From assembly GCF_006345805.1 (NCBI RefSeq), contig NC_042998.1, positions 39,060,001 through 39,124,000 of the forward strand: a stretch of DNA of 64,000 nt, in the 5' to 3' direction. Below, piece after piece: positions 54,114-62,994 of the stretch (its first letter is position 1; each line of letters starts with the position of its first letter). Both the position numbers and the translations under genes were made by a program. Origin of the DNA: Octopus sinensis (Eukaryota). Under the pieces are notes generated by a model. The model did no database searches, was not told the origin of the DNA, and saw only the letters and a list, made by a program, of their open reading frames with translations.

Positions 54114-56788
54114 TGCTTCTGATACAGGCCTATCGGCTCCAGTAGCTGACTGGTCATCTATTTTATTGATTCCGGGGTTAGGATGAAAGGCTAACTGGAA
54201 AGCCTCAGGATTTAAACTAATAATATAAGAGTTGGAAGAAATAGTGTGTGAGATTTCTGAGTAAGGCTGGATCACACACTCACATCCCTCGTCCAGGAGA
54301 TCCAAACAAAACCAGGCTCTGAGTAGTTTCAACAGATTGTCTGTCCAGCCCTAAAGTTGCTGTTCGACAGTATAACCTTCTTTCTGCAGGTGAATAGGCT
54401 GAAAGTCTGTAAACTTACCTTTTCTCCTGTCAACCAGCTCCACTTTTGTGGAATCCTGAATCATTACGGATATATCGTCCATATGAAATGTGGAGGCTGT
54501 TGTAGATAGATCTCTTCTCTACGAAACCACCTTCAACAAATGCCTTGGCAGAGTTAAGGGCCCGAATTTATCGATTATGTCCCTTTGTTAGTGTAGGGCA
54601 CTGCCCAAGGATTTATGACAAACAAACTGTAGACAGGAACTTTGCTGCGGTTAGCTAGGGAGCTGGTCTGCAGCAAAGTGGGCTTCCGGTTAAGCGGGCT
54701 TCTGTGAAGCAGGAGTGGATTGGCAGCTGTTGCCCTCGTGTACTTAACTGAATAAATCTTTCACTAACACATTCTGGGTCTCTGTTAATTTATTTGTGTA
54801 TAGCTTAACTAAAGCTGTATCAGTTTCCTTTCTCAGAAGTGCTACCACAATCACCCCCACCGCATACAGTAGTCGTCTACCAATATGTTGCCAAACATTT
54901 CTGGTTGTTTTCGTAAACTTCAAATCTCATATCATCCAAATTAGATGAATGAAACTTCGGACAACTGAGAGATGCGCCTCTTGTTATTGGTTTTTCACTG
55001 TACCTCATCAAGGCAGGCCACCGAGGTAGATACAAAGTTAGCTGCCTTCTCCAATCAGTCATCCACCTTGATTAATTCGACAAACCACAAAAGCCAAGTT
55101 GTGGGGCATGCGATGATGATTGTTCAACAAAACTCCACATATGAGAGATACTCAGAAACAGAGCGACTCCATGCAGAAAGTTTGGTATCCCTACACTCAT
55201 CTCAGTCAGGCTTGGTTGACGACACTTTCTAGATTGAAGAGTTTAATTTAGACTAGCAGTATTTCCTGGTAGCACAATCAGAAGAGTGATTTCTGGAAGT
55301 TGTCTATAGTCCACGGGCTGAAAGATTTTCCGGTTTAGACTGTTTTGTTGATCTTTGGATGTTTAGGCCTCCCTGAGAACATCGTTGAGCTTGTAGACTG
55401 TTAATTCTTTACAGATTTTCTTGTTCATCATTAGTTTCTGAAGCTAACCAAGCACCTTAACTCTGGAACAACAACAATACTTCTTAAAGATCATAAGTAA
55501 TGGTAATGGCAGCGTTTGGGCAACTGGGAGAATTGCAACCACTATTTGCATTTCCTCGGGACTAGTGGTGGTTCATTATAGCAGATGTGCTAAATAAAAA
55601 TATTTTTCAAAAAGTTGAGCAAGGTCAAAGACACCAAGGAGTATTATGCCCGATATGAAGGTGTTCTCAAAAAGACATATAGCTGAGGTTTGACTATTTA
55701 TAACAAGTCAAGTGACAACAGAAAGTCCCCACTGTATTTGACATATTAGATCAAACGTGACAGGAGAGATTTGGTAGACATGTGCAGAACATTGTTATTT
55801 AAACCTTCTCAGAGCAACAGTGAAGCTAAAACCAGCACAAACAAACAAGTTTATGTTTTGATCTCTGTTTGAAGAACTACAGCACTATAGAGAGAACATT
55901 TCAATGTACAAGAAGGGACAAAAGTATATCGGAGAAAACTTAGGAGTAAATCTTATAATGATGATTTCAAAACTAAGTTAGTTCGCCATCCACCTGGCTC
56001 ATCGTATGAAACACAGATGAAGAATCCGTGTTCGTTTTACTACCAATGATCCGCTACCCATCATATTTCATGATCCCTCCGATCATGATGAGGATAGAAG
56101 TGATGCTGGTGATATCGTCTTAAATAAAGACACATTCCCTGTTTCCTTTATTTCAGACAGCAGAGTACGATGTGAATTGTTTGACCGCTATTTCTTACAG
56201 GTGGAGTGACCACGTAGCTTGCAGAGAGAGTGATTGTTCCTGGCAATGGGATAATGTCGACGATGATGGTGGTGGAGATGAAATATTCAATTATAAAAAG
56301 ACAATCAAATAAAAATAAGAACAGAGGAAACAAAGATGAAAATGAAATATTTCAACAACGCATCAGCTTGATTCCAATAAAGGGATTTTTTTTCCAGCAA
56401 CTGATGCAAGGATCTTCCTATTTCCAATTCCAATGGATTTTGCCATAAAAAAATTACATCTGTTCTTTACTCGATGTCTTCCAACATTCTCTTTATGTAT
56501 TTAGTTTTAAGACAGATTATGATTTTGTTTTCCATTCTGTATTCTATTAAAGAGCACAAAAGTCATTAAGAATTTAATGTTTCAGGATTTTTTTCCTCGT
56601 GTGTACAGTTCAGTACTTTTTTAATTCAGAAAAGAAGTCATTTGAATATTGAAGAAAAAAAGAGAATGACCAAAGGAAAAAGCAACTAAAGAGAAATGAG
56701 GAAAAAAATGATAATCTTCTGACGAAAACATTGAAATTATTAAACATACTTGGTGAATGGAATGTTTTAGTGTGGGCATGCATCTGTC

Positions 56789-56833
<45 letters not shown>

Positions 56834-59394
56834 CTGTGTGACAAACACAGTGTACCTATTGTTAACTGTTTCTTATATATGTATTAGCCCTCCCAACCAC
56901 TTAGACCCTCTCAAGAAGCCTAGAGGCACATTCATCATCCAACCTTTATCTGCCCATCCCTACAGAACACTGAAGAAATAGAGATGGCAAGGAGGATTTC
57001 TTTGCCTCTTGGCAGAAATGGCCATGAGGAACTAGTACCTACTGAGAATCTGATCTTTTGCTCTTTTCTTTCGAGCCATCGGTTCGTCTGGTATCGAGGA
57101 TAGGAAAGTGTCAAGTTTTGTTTTGAAGACCTCTACATCCATGTTTTGCAGGTCTCTCAATTGTTTTGGCAGGGCATTAAAGAGCTGAGGTCCTCTGAAA
57201 CCGAGGCCTTTGCAGTACCTTGTTCTTATGTGAGATGCAATGGACTGTACCCTTGGTACTATGCAGCGGCGACCTGTGTGGGCATTCATATAATACTTAG
57301 TGCCAGTATTTTCCATATGTAAATTATTACATATCTCTCCCGCCTGCGCTCCAGAGAGTAGAGACTTAATGCCTTCAGTCGCTCCCTGTTGTTCATTTGC
57401 TGGACTGTGGCGATCTTTTTTGTATAGTGACGCTGAATTGCCTCGAGTTCTGCTGTCAGCTTGACACTGTGTGGTGACCACAACTGAGAGCAATAGTCTA
57501 GGTGGCTCAGAACAAATCTCTTCCATAGAGTCAACATGACTATTTGATCCCTTGTTCTGAAAGTCCTCAGTATCCTCCCTGCCAGTTGTCTGCACGTGAA
57601 ATGATGCATCACTACACATGCTGATGCCCAGGTCTCTCACTGTTTGTGGTTCTGGGGTTGCAGTACCTCCAGGTCCTGTGTATGCCAGTTGGGAGCACTT
57701 GTGGCCTTGTAGCGCACTACTTGAAATTTTTTAGCATTGAACTGTATATTATTTTGCTCTGCCCACTTGTATATTGCATTCAGGTCATTCTGCAGGCTTA
57801 TGACACCATCAGAATTCTTTATTGCCTGAGATAGTTTTGTGTCATCAGCTTAGCTAGTGACATTGGCTGTCCGAGTGACCGTGGACATGTCCAGAAGGGC
57901 TACTATAAACAGTAGTGGCCCCCAGGACAGTTCTTATGGAACACCGCTCAATATTTGCATTTCCCAAGATAATTCTCCATTAGCTGCAACTGTCTGACTT
58001 GTACCATTAAGGAAGTCATGCAGCCACTCTCCTAATTTACCAGCTATGCCAAGGTGTCGCAGCTTGTGACATATCATGCCATGATCAACTTTGTCAAAGG
58101 CCATTGCAAAGTCGAGATATATCACATCAACATTTGAATGGTCAAGTATCTTCCCCAGAACCTGGTCATAATGCCACAAGAGCTGCATGAGGCAGCTTCC
58201 ACCCGGACGGAAACCATGCTGGGTCTCATTCAGCAAATCATTTTCTTCTAGGAACACAATCAGCCTCCTTCTGACAATTCGTTCCATGACTTTGCTAATA
58301 TGTGAAGTCAGAGAGATGGGCCTGTAGTTTCCAGCCTTCAGCTTTTTGGGAAGTTTACTACTTGCAAGGAAACTCTGGAAGAGTATCCAGAGTGGTCCCG
58401 CTAATTCTTGTTTACATGGCTTTAGGAGGACAGCTGGGAAACCATCAGGGCCAGTTGCCGAATTTGAGCTCATTTCATTTATGGTTGCTATTACATCTTC
58501 CTCTTCAATGTCAATGTAAGTAATGGATGCAGTCTTTTTCTGCTGAGTGATATTGTCAAAGAAACCATTCACCAGAATTGAGCATATAACTGTACACAGA
58601 ACTAATATATGTATGCATGTGTGTGTATATATATATATATATATATAACCAGACAAAATTTTGTCTGCAACAGTTAGATGCTAACTTAACCGTGGTATGA
58701 CCAGCATCTTTCCTCATGTCTCTTGGAACTTATATCCACATCTTTATGAGTAGATTTATCTTCTCTGGGATGTTAATAATCAAGTTAAAAACTTTGTATT
58801 GTTGGAAAACATATATAGTCTGCTTGGAACCTTACTTCAGATTCATGGAACTCACTACTATAACTTCATAAGGATATTTACACTCTCTCAGATATTTGGA
58901 AAACCTATATGTGATTTAGCTGATGAATACTTGACATTATATTTGCTGTAATATTTGCAGCTTGAAATAAAATGTTTATAGTATGAAACAATTGTACTAA
59001 TCTACCGATCCATTCTTGTTGCTCTTTTCTTGGTTATAATCACCCCACATAATTTTATGGTTAATACCATAAAGAATTCTGGTGCATATAAGTTAAGTAC
59101 CATATTCATTTGAATTCATTTGAATCTTAGTTGTTTTGCTGAAATTATATATATATATATATATATATTATTTCTTTATTGCCCACAAGGGGCTGAACAT
59201 AGAGGGGACAAACAAGGACAAGCAAGAGGATTAAGTCGATTAAATCGACCCCAATGCGTAACTGGTACTTAATTTATCGACCCCGAAAGGATGAAAGGCA
59301 AAGTCGACCTCGGCGGAATTTGAACTCAGACCGTAACAACAGACGAAATACTGCTAAGCATTTCGTCCAGTGTGCTAACGATTCAGCAAGCTCG

Positions 59395-59430
<36 letters not shown>

Positions 59431-61257
59431 TCTTTATTGCCCACAAGGGGCTGAACATAGAGGGGACAAACAAGGACAAGCAAGAGGATTAAGTCGATTA
59501 AATCGACCCCAATGCGTAACTGGTACTTAATTTATCGACCCCGAAAGGATGAAAGGCAAAGTCGACCTCGGCGGAATTTGAACTCAGACCGTAACAACAG
59601 ACGAAATACTGCTAAGCATTTCGTCCAGTGTGCTAACGATTCAGCAAGCTCACCTTATATATATATATATATATATATGGATCAGCTGGATCAGTAGACA
59701 GATAGATAAGTAAGTATATGCGTCCATGACTATGTTTGTTCTCTACACAATTTGACAAATGCTGGTTTGCTTATGTCCTTGTAATTTGACAGTTCAGCAA
59801 AAGATATCACTGTAATAAGTAACAGCATTAACAAGAATAAGTCCTGGGACAGATTTGTTAGCTAGGGCACTGTTATATTAGGGAGATGTCTAATCAAGTA
59901 TTTCCTAAGAGCCGTTTCCACATTAAGATATATTACAACCCTTCAATTAAAGGTATGAAGCCTAAAAATATACCTAAAAATAGACCATGGGAAGTATGAA
60001 ATTCCTGGCTCTTTGAGATAAATATTTCCCAGTAAATAGGCATTCGATAAAATTATCACAAAGAGCTGTTTCCCCAATATGAAGAACATTGTCACTCACC
60101 AAGACCCCACTGCCACTGGTAATTGTAGAGATACTTGGCCAAGTTTGTATAATAAACTCTGTTGTCTGTGAGATAGCACTCACTGCAACGCTCCAAGATA
60201 ACGTAATTGATAAGAACATCACATTGGTTTATGCGAAGGTGATTTTAAGAGTCTTTATGCAAACCATCAGTTCTCTTTCAGGCACATCAATGAAAGTGAA
60301 GCCACCAAGTTTGTTCCAATATTCTGTCTTTCAAATGGAAAACACCGCATGCCCAGAGTCTCTGATTGCTTGGAGACACACAGTGTTATAAAAATCTGCC
60401 CAACCACGTCTCTCCATCTCAAAAAACAATTAGAAACCCTTAACAATGTACATTAAATATTTATCTCTCTCAATGGATGGAGTACTTCATTTGCTGATTC
60501 TAAATTAATGGGACAGTAAAATACATCTATGGGGGAGGCATAACCCCAAATAGAATCAATAAAAATTTCTCCAAAACACTTCTCCATAGCAATCCACCCT
60601 AAAAATCTAATTACCACTCCACTATAACCTACACACTCAAGAAAGGTTTTAACTTAACAGAGACTTCCATCTTCGAACTTCTCTGCATTAAGATCTGAAA
60701 TGTAAGATCTTTTCTACCATGACTTATCCAATTGCTTCCATTACTGCCGTATATTTTGATGAACTGCATCTACCAACATTACAATGGATCTCCAAGCCCC
60801 CAGCAGTAGCTGTTGGAATTTCTTCCTCCCCTTTAATTGTCATTTGTACTCTGTGTAAGTTGGATCTGTTTATATAAATATCTTTATATTTATACTTAAA
60901 AATTCAATGTCTGAAAGTCTCCATTTTTGCTTTCTCTCGTTTTGCCTGTACACATATACACATATTTTGTATTTCATACCCAAACTGTTATATCTAATTT
61001 GTTTATCCACATAATTGCCAATATACATATACATATATATATATACATATATACAGTGTGTCCCAGAAGTCGTGCACCATTTTCATTAAAAATTATTAAA
61101 GTAATTTATTATATTATATTGTTTCTGCATGTTTTATTGTAGAGGGTGCTCAATTTGAGCATTTGTTACGATTAATTTCAATAAAGTGTTTTTGAAATCA
61201 ATAAGGGTGTATTCTTTTAAAAAACCAGGGTGTTGCGCAACTTCTGGGACACCCTGT

Positions 61258-61291
<34 letters not shown>

Positions 61292-62994
61292 GCAGATTCT
61301 ATCAGTCAAATTCATTCACAAGGCATTAATTGATTTAGTGCTACACTAGAAATCAGTCGGGGCCAAGGTGATGTCCAGTGAGAGCAAGTCCCAAACCCCA
61401 TGTTTGCAAAGAAAACTTTTTTAAGTGCAAACCAGGACAACTTTTCTTAATATGAACAGTTTTCTACCCTTAATTGTCTTTTTGTACCCTTAATTTTCCT
61501 CATTTTCAAACATGGGCCAGGTGTACTAATGACTAGGCAAGAGACGTAGAGAGTAATATCAGCAATTTCTGCTAATGTTACAATCCTCGGAGAAGGCAAA
61601 TAATCTCAAGATTTGAAATTTCAACTTCCATTCACTCTTTCAGGAATTCCTCCTGTATGAAAGTAGAAGACTGTTGGTCTGTCCTTCTGACTAGCTTATT
61701 CAACAAGTGACTGAAAAAGCCGTTAACCAAAACTTGAAGCTCCAGTCAAAACATGACTTCTAGTATTGAGTCCACCTAACAACGACTGTTTTGTTATTAT
61801 CATTAAAACTTCCATTAAAATAACCACACAAAATCGTGTGTGTGTGTGTATGTGTGTGGTGTATGTGTGTGCATGCATATATTTGTATGTATGTATGTAG
61901 GTATGTCAGTATGTAGGCAAAAAAGAAAAATATCAACATTTTGTTTCTTTTATATGTTGTCATAAAAAGAAATATTTCTCAGTTCCCAATAGGATTTCAA
62001 TACTCATTAAAACATGTCTAAGTAATTTTCTAAATGAATTTCCTGTGCACTATTAGAATTGTTTCTTCTTAACAAATTTGTATTCTTGAAATCCAAAATA
62101 CTACGGATTCACTGATGAATGTTTCTATGGAGGAGTCTGCTTGTATGTGCTCCATTATCCAATCTACTCCTTAGACCATTCTTACACATTTCTTAATTTC
62201 TGGTTAACGTTCCCATATATTCCCATAATTGTTGCATACGTGTATCTGTGTTGTCAAGTAGCGTGTAATTCAAATAAATATTTTACTCTTGATTCTAGCT
62301 GAGTGAAAATAGCATTGGTTCTATGTTAGTCTTAGGAATTGCATTATTTCATTGTTTAAACAATGTGATCATCAACATCATCATCATCATCATTTAGCGT
62401 CCGTTCTCCATGCTAGCATGGGTTGGACGGTTCAACTGGGGTCTGTGAAGCCGGAAGGCTTCATCAGGCCTAGTCAGATCTGGCAGTGTTTCTACGGCTG
62501 GATGCCCTTCCTAACGCCAACCACTACGTGAGTGTAGTGGGTGCTTTTTACGTGCCACCCGCACAGGTGCCAGACAGGGCTGGCAAACGGCCACGAACGG
62601 ATGGTGCTTTTACGTGTCACCGGCACGGGGCCAGGCGAGGCTGGCCAAGGACACGAACGGATGGTGCTTTTACGTGCCACCAACACGGGGGCCAGACAGA
62701 GCTGGCAAACGTCCACGAAACGGATGGTGCTTTTACGTGTCACCGGCACGGGGGCCAGGCGAGTATAAATATTATATAGAGAATCCATCACATATAATTT
62801 TTACTTTTAGATACGCTTGCGTAGTTTTATAGAATATTATCATCTTACCCTGTAATCATTAGGAAAGGTAGATAATCTGTGCCCTTGGGCGTCTTGGGCC
62901 ACCAAAGAGTTTCTGTTGAGGCTGTACTCTATTTGATGGTTTCGGTCTTTATCAGTGGCATTGATTCTCAAAATAATGCTTTCCAAAGGTAATT
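8480..62994 (-). CDS. Multi-exon non-clustered cadherin (CDH23/Cad88C-like architecture: 7 EC repeats in window, membrane-adjacent domain, TM helix, start of cytoplasmic tail); partial at both ends
   Basis: 18 exons with AG/GT ends whose phases chain into one open frame of 2820 nt. Cadherin motifs LDYE/LDRE, DxNDN/DEDDN, AxDxD and a hydrophobic TM segment. Family assignment is from recalled similarity only. Confidence 0.93.
8745..9430 (+). mobile_element. Penelope-associated terminal repeat region containing a hammerhead motif
   Basis: Shares ttcctgagcg...taatac flank and hammerhead core with the copy at 29500-29690. Confidence 0.5.
8811..8848 (+). ncRNA. Minimal type I hammerhead ribozyme motif (Penelope type), degenerate
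   Basis: TCTTT-CTGTTGA-A-GAGC(GTAG)GCTC-GAAA-TG-TT-AAAGA: stem I TCTTT/AAAGA, stem II GAGC/GCTC. Confidence 0.6.
9590..10356 (-). mobile_element. CR1-like LINE, decayed 3' RT fragment
   Basis: VRDLGI, HLDFCSQLWSP, LEAIQRRFTK, YWERLKQLRLYSLERRRERY, FKSKLDLFLSRVPDEP. Confidence 0.9.
10362..10635. repeat. Microsatellite with higher-order 21-bp unit TATATTATATATGTATGTATG
   Basis: Four consecutive units from 10501 inside a TA/TG tract. Confidence 0.85.
11095..11307. mobile_element. piggyBac-type MITE
   Basis: Ends CCCTTTCG(C)TAC...GTAACGAAAGGG flanked by TGAA and TTAA. Confidence 0.75.
11350..11880. repeat. Diverged local tandem duplication, about 310 bp period
   Basis: acaagacagtg..gtagatggaggtttca..caggtagggattgtgat at about 11352 and 11671; ccattgagacaa..gaaaatgatatatttaaa at about 11545 and 11825. 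Confidence 0.75.
12121..12866. mobile_element. Rearranged RTE fragment: a plus-strand piece (12121-12278) joined to a minus-strand RT piece (12279-12866)
   Basis: Plus piece matches about 38165-38325; minus piece matches about 37470-38050 (NEYSEEFRVGVGVHQGSVLSP). Confidence 0.85.
12868..13585. repeat. Long compound (TA)/(TG)/(TATG) microsatellite tract, about 720 bp
   Basis: Almost pure alternating purine-pyrimidine sequence; source of many artefactual ORFs. Confidence 0.95.
14190..14317 (-). CDS. Cadherin transmembrane exon, phase 0 to 2: SCKPETTRVSSWSPMWWVLVAFAIFIFICCIILIVALYLLYK
   Basis: About 25 hydrophobic residues followed by K; ttatttccag acceptor, AGA/gtaagt donor. Confidence 0.92.
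15557..16022 (+). mobile_element. Older RTE-related 3' tail with diverged tandem units
   Basis: gtgccggtggca units, CACCCACTACACTCTCGGAGTGGTTGGCGTTAGGAAGGGCATCCAGC core and gatgatgatg tail. Confidence 0.8.
16853..16979 (-). CDS. Cadherin exon, phase 2 to 0: (S)TAMCFVVEKDGQVLSLSETEQLLQEPAAQNVLKNYTTSLEAG
   Basis: tgtatttcag acceptor, GGT/gtatgt donor; phase fits both neighbours. Confidence 0.85.
17255..17455. repeat. Degenerate minisatellite, unit about GACTCTTACAGAG (13 bp)
   Basis: Repeated gactcttacagag / gactcttat / gactattac words. Confidence 0.7.
18103..18384 (-). mobile_element. Short non-autonomous Helitron
   Basis: Minus strand begins TC after A, ends CTAG before T; internal (TG)n; subterminal hairpin only partly present. 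Confidence 0.6.
18485..18568 (-). CDS. Cadherin exon, phase 2 to 2: (A)ELNRLGIGTFVIKELSYHQKLNQEDYY
   Basis: ttttctttcag acceptor, CAG/gtaagt donor; open in the phase required by the preceding exon. Confidence 0.88.
18600..18960 (-). mobile_element. Decayed AP-endonuclease fragment of a CR1/L2-type LINE
   Basis: RHKGGTAIFL, VVGL*RPP and MMGDFNLPCADW in one frame. Confidence 0.7.
19254..19342 (-). CDS. Cadherin exon (start of membrane-adjacent domain), phase 0 to 2: IYVIQPRQQTRLNLPDKLDVSQPKSAELI
   Basis: tctttttctcag acceptor, TGC/gtaagt donor; IYV..Q pattern like the CDH23 IYVLRDDQRV junction (recalled). Confidence 0.88.
19375..19555 (+). mobile_element. SINE family B 5' half, interrupted by the mariner
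   Basis: Matches 5095-5250; SINE body resumes after 20698. Confidence 0.75.
19558..20696 (+). mobile_element. Mariner (DD34D, Himar1/irritans-like) transposon with both TIRs, internally deleted and inactivated
   Basis: 27-bp TIRs (19558-19584, 20670-20696; 2 mismatches), TA on both sides, KWVPRLLT, TTNESWVHHY, SAGKVMASIF, HDNTPAH, SPDLAPSDF; stops and frameshifts. Confidence 0.95.
20900..21330 (-). mobile_element. Penelope-like element, decayed C-terminal GIY-YIG region
   Basis: YMNGTKRCKLCIAEWVRIL...NNLHSRIEVFEPC resembles the Penelope Y.N..KRC.LC..EK..I...LN.R.E...C end. Confidence 0.6.
21682..21971 (-). CDS. Cadherin exon (last EC repeat), phase 1 to 0: VIYDKSETGNEVAKVTGMDPDS...DGRIFTNLPDY...YYSMITFK
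   Basis: DPD motif; ttcactcacag acceptor, AAG/gtaaga donor; 290 nt open. Confidence 0.93.
22218..22688 (+). mobile_element. Internally deleted Tc1-like element
   Basis: Imperfect TIRs GGTTG(A/G)ACAAAATAA..GAAACACC; DLSDFQRGQIV N-terminus fused to IPLETIQILYKSIPHRIQAVITAKG C-terminus. Confidence 0.85.
24231..24584 (-). mobile_element. tRNA-derived SINE family B, near full length
   Basis: Reverse complement of the 5088 family from ggcgtaagagtggc to aagtaaaagagt. Confidence 0.85.
24776..25057 (-). CDS. Cadherin exon, phase 1 to 1: CKNTNVNAFLLEPLSG...LDYEE...VQDQNDNGPQFDVKKRFA
   Basis: LDYE and DQNDNGP motifs; attttccag acceptor, CAG/gtgagt donor. Confidence 0.95.
25190..25560 (-). mobile_element. 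Highly decayed CR1-like 3' fragment
   Basis: Visual similarity to 9600-9800 (gttcatctgggacttgtc, aaaagct). Confidence 0.45.
27625..27848. mobile_element. piggyBac-type MITE, same family as 11095-11307, opposite orientation
   Basis: CCCTTTCGTTAC...GTAACGAAAGGG flanked by TCAA and TTAA; interior is the reverse complement of the 11095 copy. Confidence 0.75.
28113..28245 (-). CDS. Cadherin exon, phase 0 to 1: NPERKQISVSENAPIKTYVTQISGCDKDLFPYNKMAYVWADHKT
   Basis: VSENAP and CDKD motifs; attttttag acceptor, CTT/gtaaga donor; supplies the phase change required between its neighbours. Confidence 0.92.
28374..28410 (-). ncRNA. Minimal type I hammerhead ribozyme motif (Penelope type), degenerate
   Basis: TTT-CTGACGA-A-GAGC(TCT)GCTT-GAAA-TG-TT-AAA on the minus strand; canonical CUGANGA core. 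Confidence 0.6.
29592..29629 (-). ncRNA. Minimal type I hammerhead ribozyme motif (Penelope type), degenerate
   Basis: CTTT-CTGTTGA-A-GAGC(GTAG)GCTC-GAAA-CA-TA-AAAG on the minus strand. Confidence 0.6.
30240..30960 (-). mobile_element. Decayed mariner transposase (different subfamily)
   Basis: MEQSKHNIQAILLFDFKKGRKTAETVRDIN (HTH) and FLNCIVNCDEKWILYNN (first catalytic D); TIRs not found. Confidence 0.85.
31116..31343 (+). mobile_element. tRNA-derived SINE family A (representative); further copies near 2312(-), 14000(-), 21340(+), 26945(+), 41490(-), 44930(-), 48180(+), 48845-49395(+), 51460(+), 53715(-)
   Basis: TGGCAGAATCGTTAG A box, GAGTTCAAATTCC B box, central GCCTTTCATC(C/T)TTTCGGGGTC block resembling the Deu/Nin SINE domain (recalled). 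Confidence 0.85.
33137..33250 (-). CDS. Cadherin exon, phase 0 to 0: VVIQAADTLNLNYTSIKQLRVFVLDEDDNRPTFTSCSS
   Basis: DEDDNRP motif; ttcctgatcag acceptor, TCG/gtaagt donor. Confidence 0.93.
33975..34151 (-). CDS. Cadherin exon, phase 0 to 0: NQPNGTYVFTVIAKARQDS...LFEIDPISGIITTMAPLDREEQSMYT
   Basis: FEIDPISG and LDRE motifs; tatattttag acceptor, ACT/gtaagt donor. Confidence 0.95.
35186..35412 (-). CDS. Cadherin exon, phase 1 to 0: GQRIFNIDAVTGEIKT...KATDNG...VIEFLITKEPRILQPGPGQTARVSE
   Basis: FxIDxxTGEI and ATDxG motifs; ttattttcag acceptor, GAG/gtgcaa donor (weak). Confidence 0.92.
35669..39150 (+). mobile_element. RTE-clade LINE, 5'-truncated within the AP endonuclease, frameshifted; includes RT, internal PHD finger and long 3' UTR ending in (GAT)n
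   Basis: ORFs 35685-36452 (GDFNGHVG, IDYIL), 36718-37776 (GKAPGPSG, NYRGIKLL, QFGF, FVDLEKAFD, GVHQGSVLSP, YADD) and 37919-38545 (FRYLG, ETW, LRWYGHV); reading frame broken near 36430 and 37750. Confidence 0.95.
39150..39560 (+). mobile_element. Penelope-like element fragment
   Basis: CNCRFPNCCPLNNNCLEKELIYKANIT resembles the CNC..CPL.G.CL...IYKA linker before GIY-YIG. Confidence 0.6.
40190..40815 (+). mobile_element. Restriction-like-endonuclease LINE, decayed 3' end, related to 47190-47410
   Basis: QIATKYL, KCRLCDIC knuckle, tatccagataataaattc and aaaatatgcaagacttttctcaagtttatcat match the 47190 copy. Confidence 0.6.
41027..41213 (-). CDS. Cadherin exon, phase 0 to 1: LIIKVLDENDNRPVF...AKDDDSNENGRLSYSFMSGNLFN
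   Basis: DENDNxP and AKDDD motifs; tttgtttcag acceptor, ACG/gtattt donor. Confidence 0.95.
43790..43909 (-). CDS. Cadherin exon, phase 0 to 0: GDIIVNRGAELDYETTKIYNLQVVATDNPTGQVHQKTAVK
   Basis: LDYE and VATD motifs; tatattttcag acceptor, AAG/gtaaat donor. Confidence 0.95.
45315..45461 (-). CDS. Cadherin exon, phase 0 to 0: VYTFEVKETTLYPNVVGRVSASDNDEGENSRISYFLKGPNRNDFHITES
   Basis: ASDNDEGEN motif; ttttatgcag acceptor, TCC/gtaagt donor. Confidence 0.95.
46160..46470 (-). mobile_element. SINE family B copy
   Basis: cagccatgctggagcacc...aaatccactcacaaggctttggtc. Confidence 0.75.
47190..47410 (-). mobile_element. Restriction-like-endonuclease LINE, extreme 3' end (second family)
   Basis: LYPDYKFRFIPVIIGALG...KICKTFQKFII stop. 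Confidence 0.7.
47933..48096 (-). CDS. Cadherin exon, phase 1 to 0: GEVILIKELDYENKG...ITVKDINDNLPKFTKS
   Basis: LDYE and DINDN motifs; ttaattccag acceptor, AGT/gttagt donor chosen because the next exon needs phase 0. Confidence 0.93.
49430..50400 (-). mobile_element. Restriction-like-endonuclease LINE (R4/Dong-type), decayed 3' end with (TAA)n tail
   Basis: CRMCGKKVESVTQIVGAC zinc knuckle, KEYKSRHDKV, DFQTDKVLEH*RLDIV, CLIIDVAVPD, EREKVDKYGELR. Confidence 0.82.
50646..50876 (-). CDS. Cadherin exon, phase 1 to 1: ARVVIITQASQRTEPFF...VPEDKQVG...AKDPKT...FFNVTRN
   Basis: ttttatttacag acceptor, ATG/gtaggt donor, 231 nt open, VPE..VG motif. Confidence 0.92.
53221..53362 (-). CDS. Cadherin exon, phase 0 to 1: NAFAINRVTGDISLKMKLYHSLVATIAFVVQARDLNADVSSSSQVAQ
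   Basis: ctctctctttcag acceptor, AAG/gtgagc donor, FxIxxxTGxI motif. Confidence 0.92.
53942..54113. repeat. Compound trinucleotide repeat (GGA)n(GAA)n(CAA)n(CAG)n
   Basis: Read directly from the sequence. Confidence 0.97.
54850..55800 (+). mobile_element. Highly decayed Gypsy-like integrase remnant
   Basis: GHRGRYK...SCGAC (HHCC-like) and IFGCLGLPENIV (like IFARFGLPETLV) across several stops and frames. Confidence 0.4.
57000..58600 (-). mobile_element. CR1-like LINE, decayed RT and 3' region
   Basis: TGPDGFP, NYRPISLTS, QHGFRPG, YLDFAMAFDKVDH, ADDTK, RDLGI, HLDYCSQLWSP, LSLYSLERRRERY; stops, frameshifts and a deletion before NYRP. Confidence 0.92.
59168..59656 (-). repeat. Two tandem copies (period 258 bp) of SINE family A separated by (TA)n
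   Basis: gcccacaagg at 59181 and 59439; one mismatch seen by eye (ctcgcc versus ctcacc). Confidence 0.92.
61054..61256. mobile_element. Tc1/mariner-type MITE, about 200 bp
   Basis: TIRs CAG(T/G)GTGTCCCAGAAGT(C/T)G(T/C)GCA; TA on the left, TGTA on the right, inside a TA/TG microsatellite. Confidence 0.8.
62375..62762 (-). mobile_element. RTE-related 3' tail with four diverged tandem units
   Basis: Reverse complement of the GGAAGGGCATCCAGC...CATGCTAGCATGGA tail plus ccatccgttcgtggcc-type units. Confidence 0.85.
62849..62994 (-). CDS. Cadherin exon, phase 1 to 0: ELPLESIILRINATDKDRNHQIEYSLNRNSLVAQDAQGHRLSTFPNDYR
   Basis: ctttttactttcag acceptor, AGG/gtaaga donor, ATDKD motif; joins in frame to NAFAIN of the next exon. 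Confidence 0.9.

Noticed and set aside
53883-54332. PolyE/polyQ or polyA/V/L protein
   Set aside because: ORFs exist only because the trinucleotide repeat has no stops; no flanking coding signal or fitting splice phases
56199-56333. Cadherin exon ending CCT/gtaaga (ISTTIIVDIIPLPG...)
   Set aside because: No usable acceptor, and the 62849 exon already joins the 53362 exon to complete the repeat
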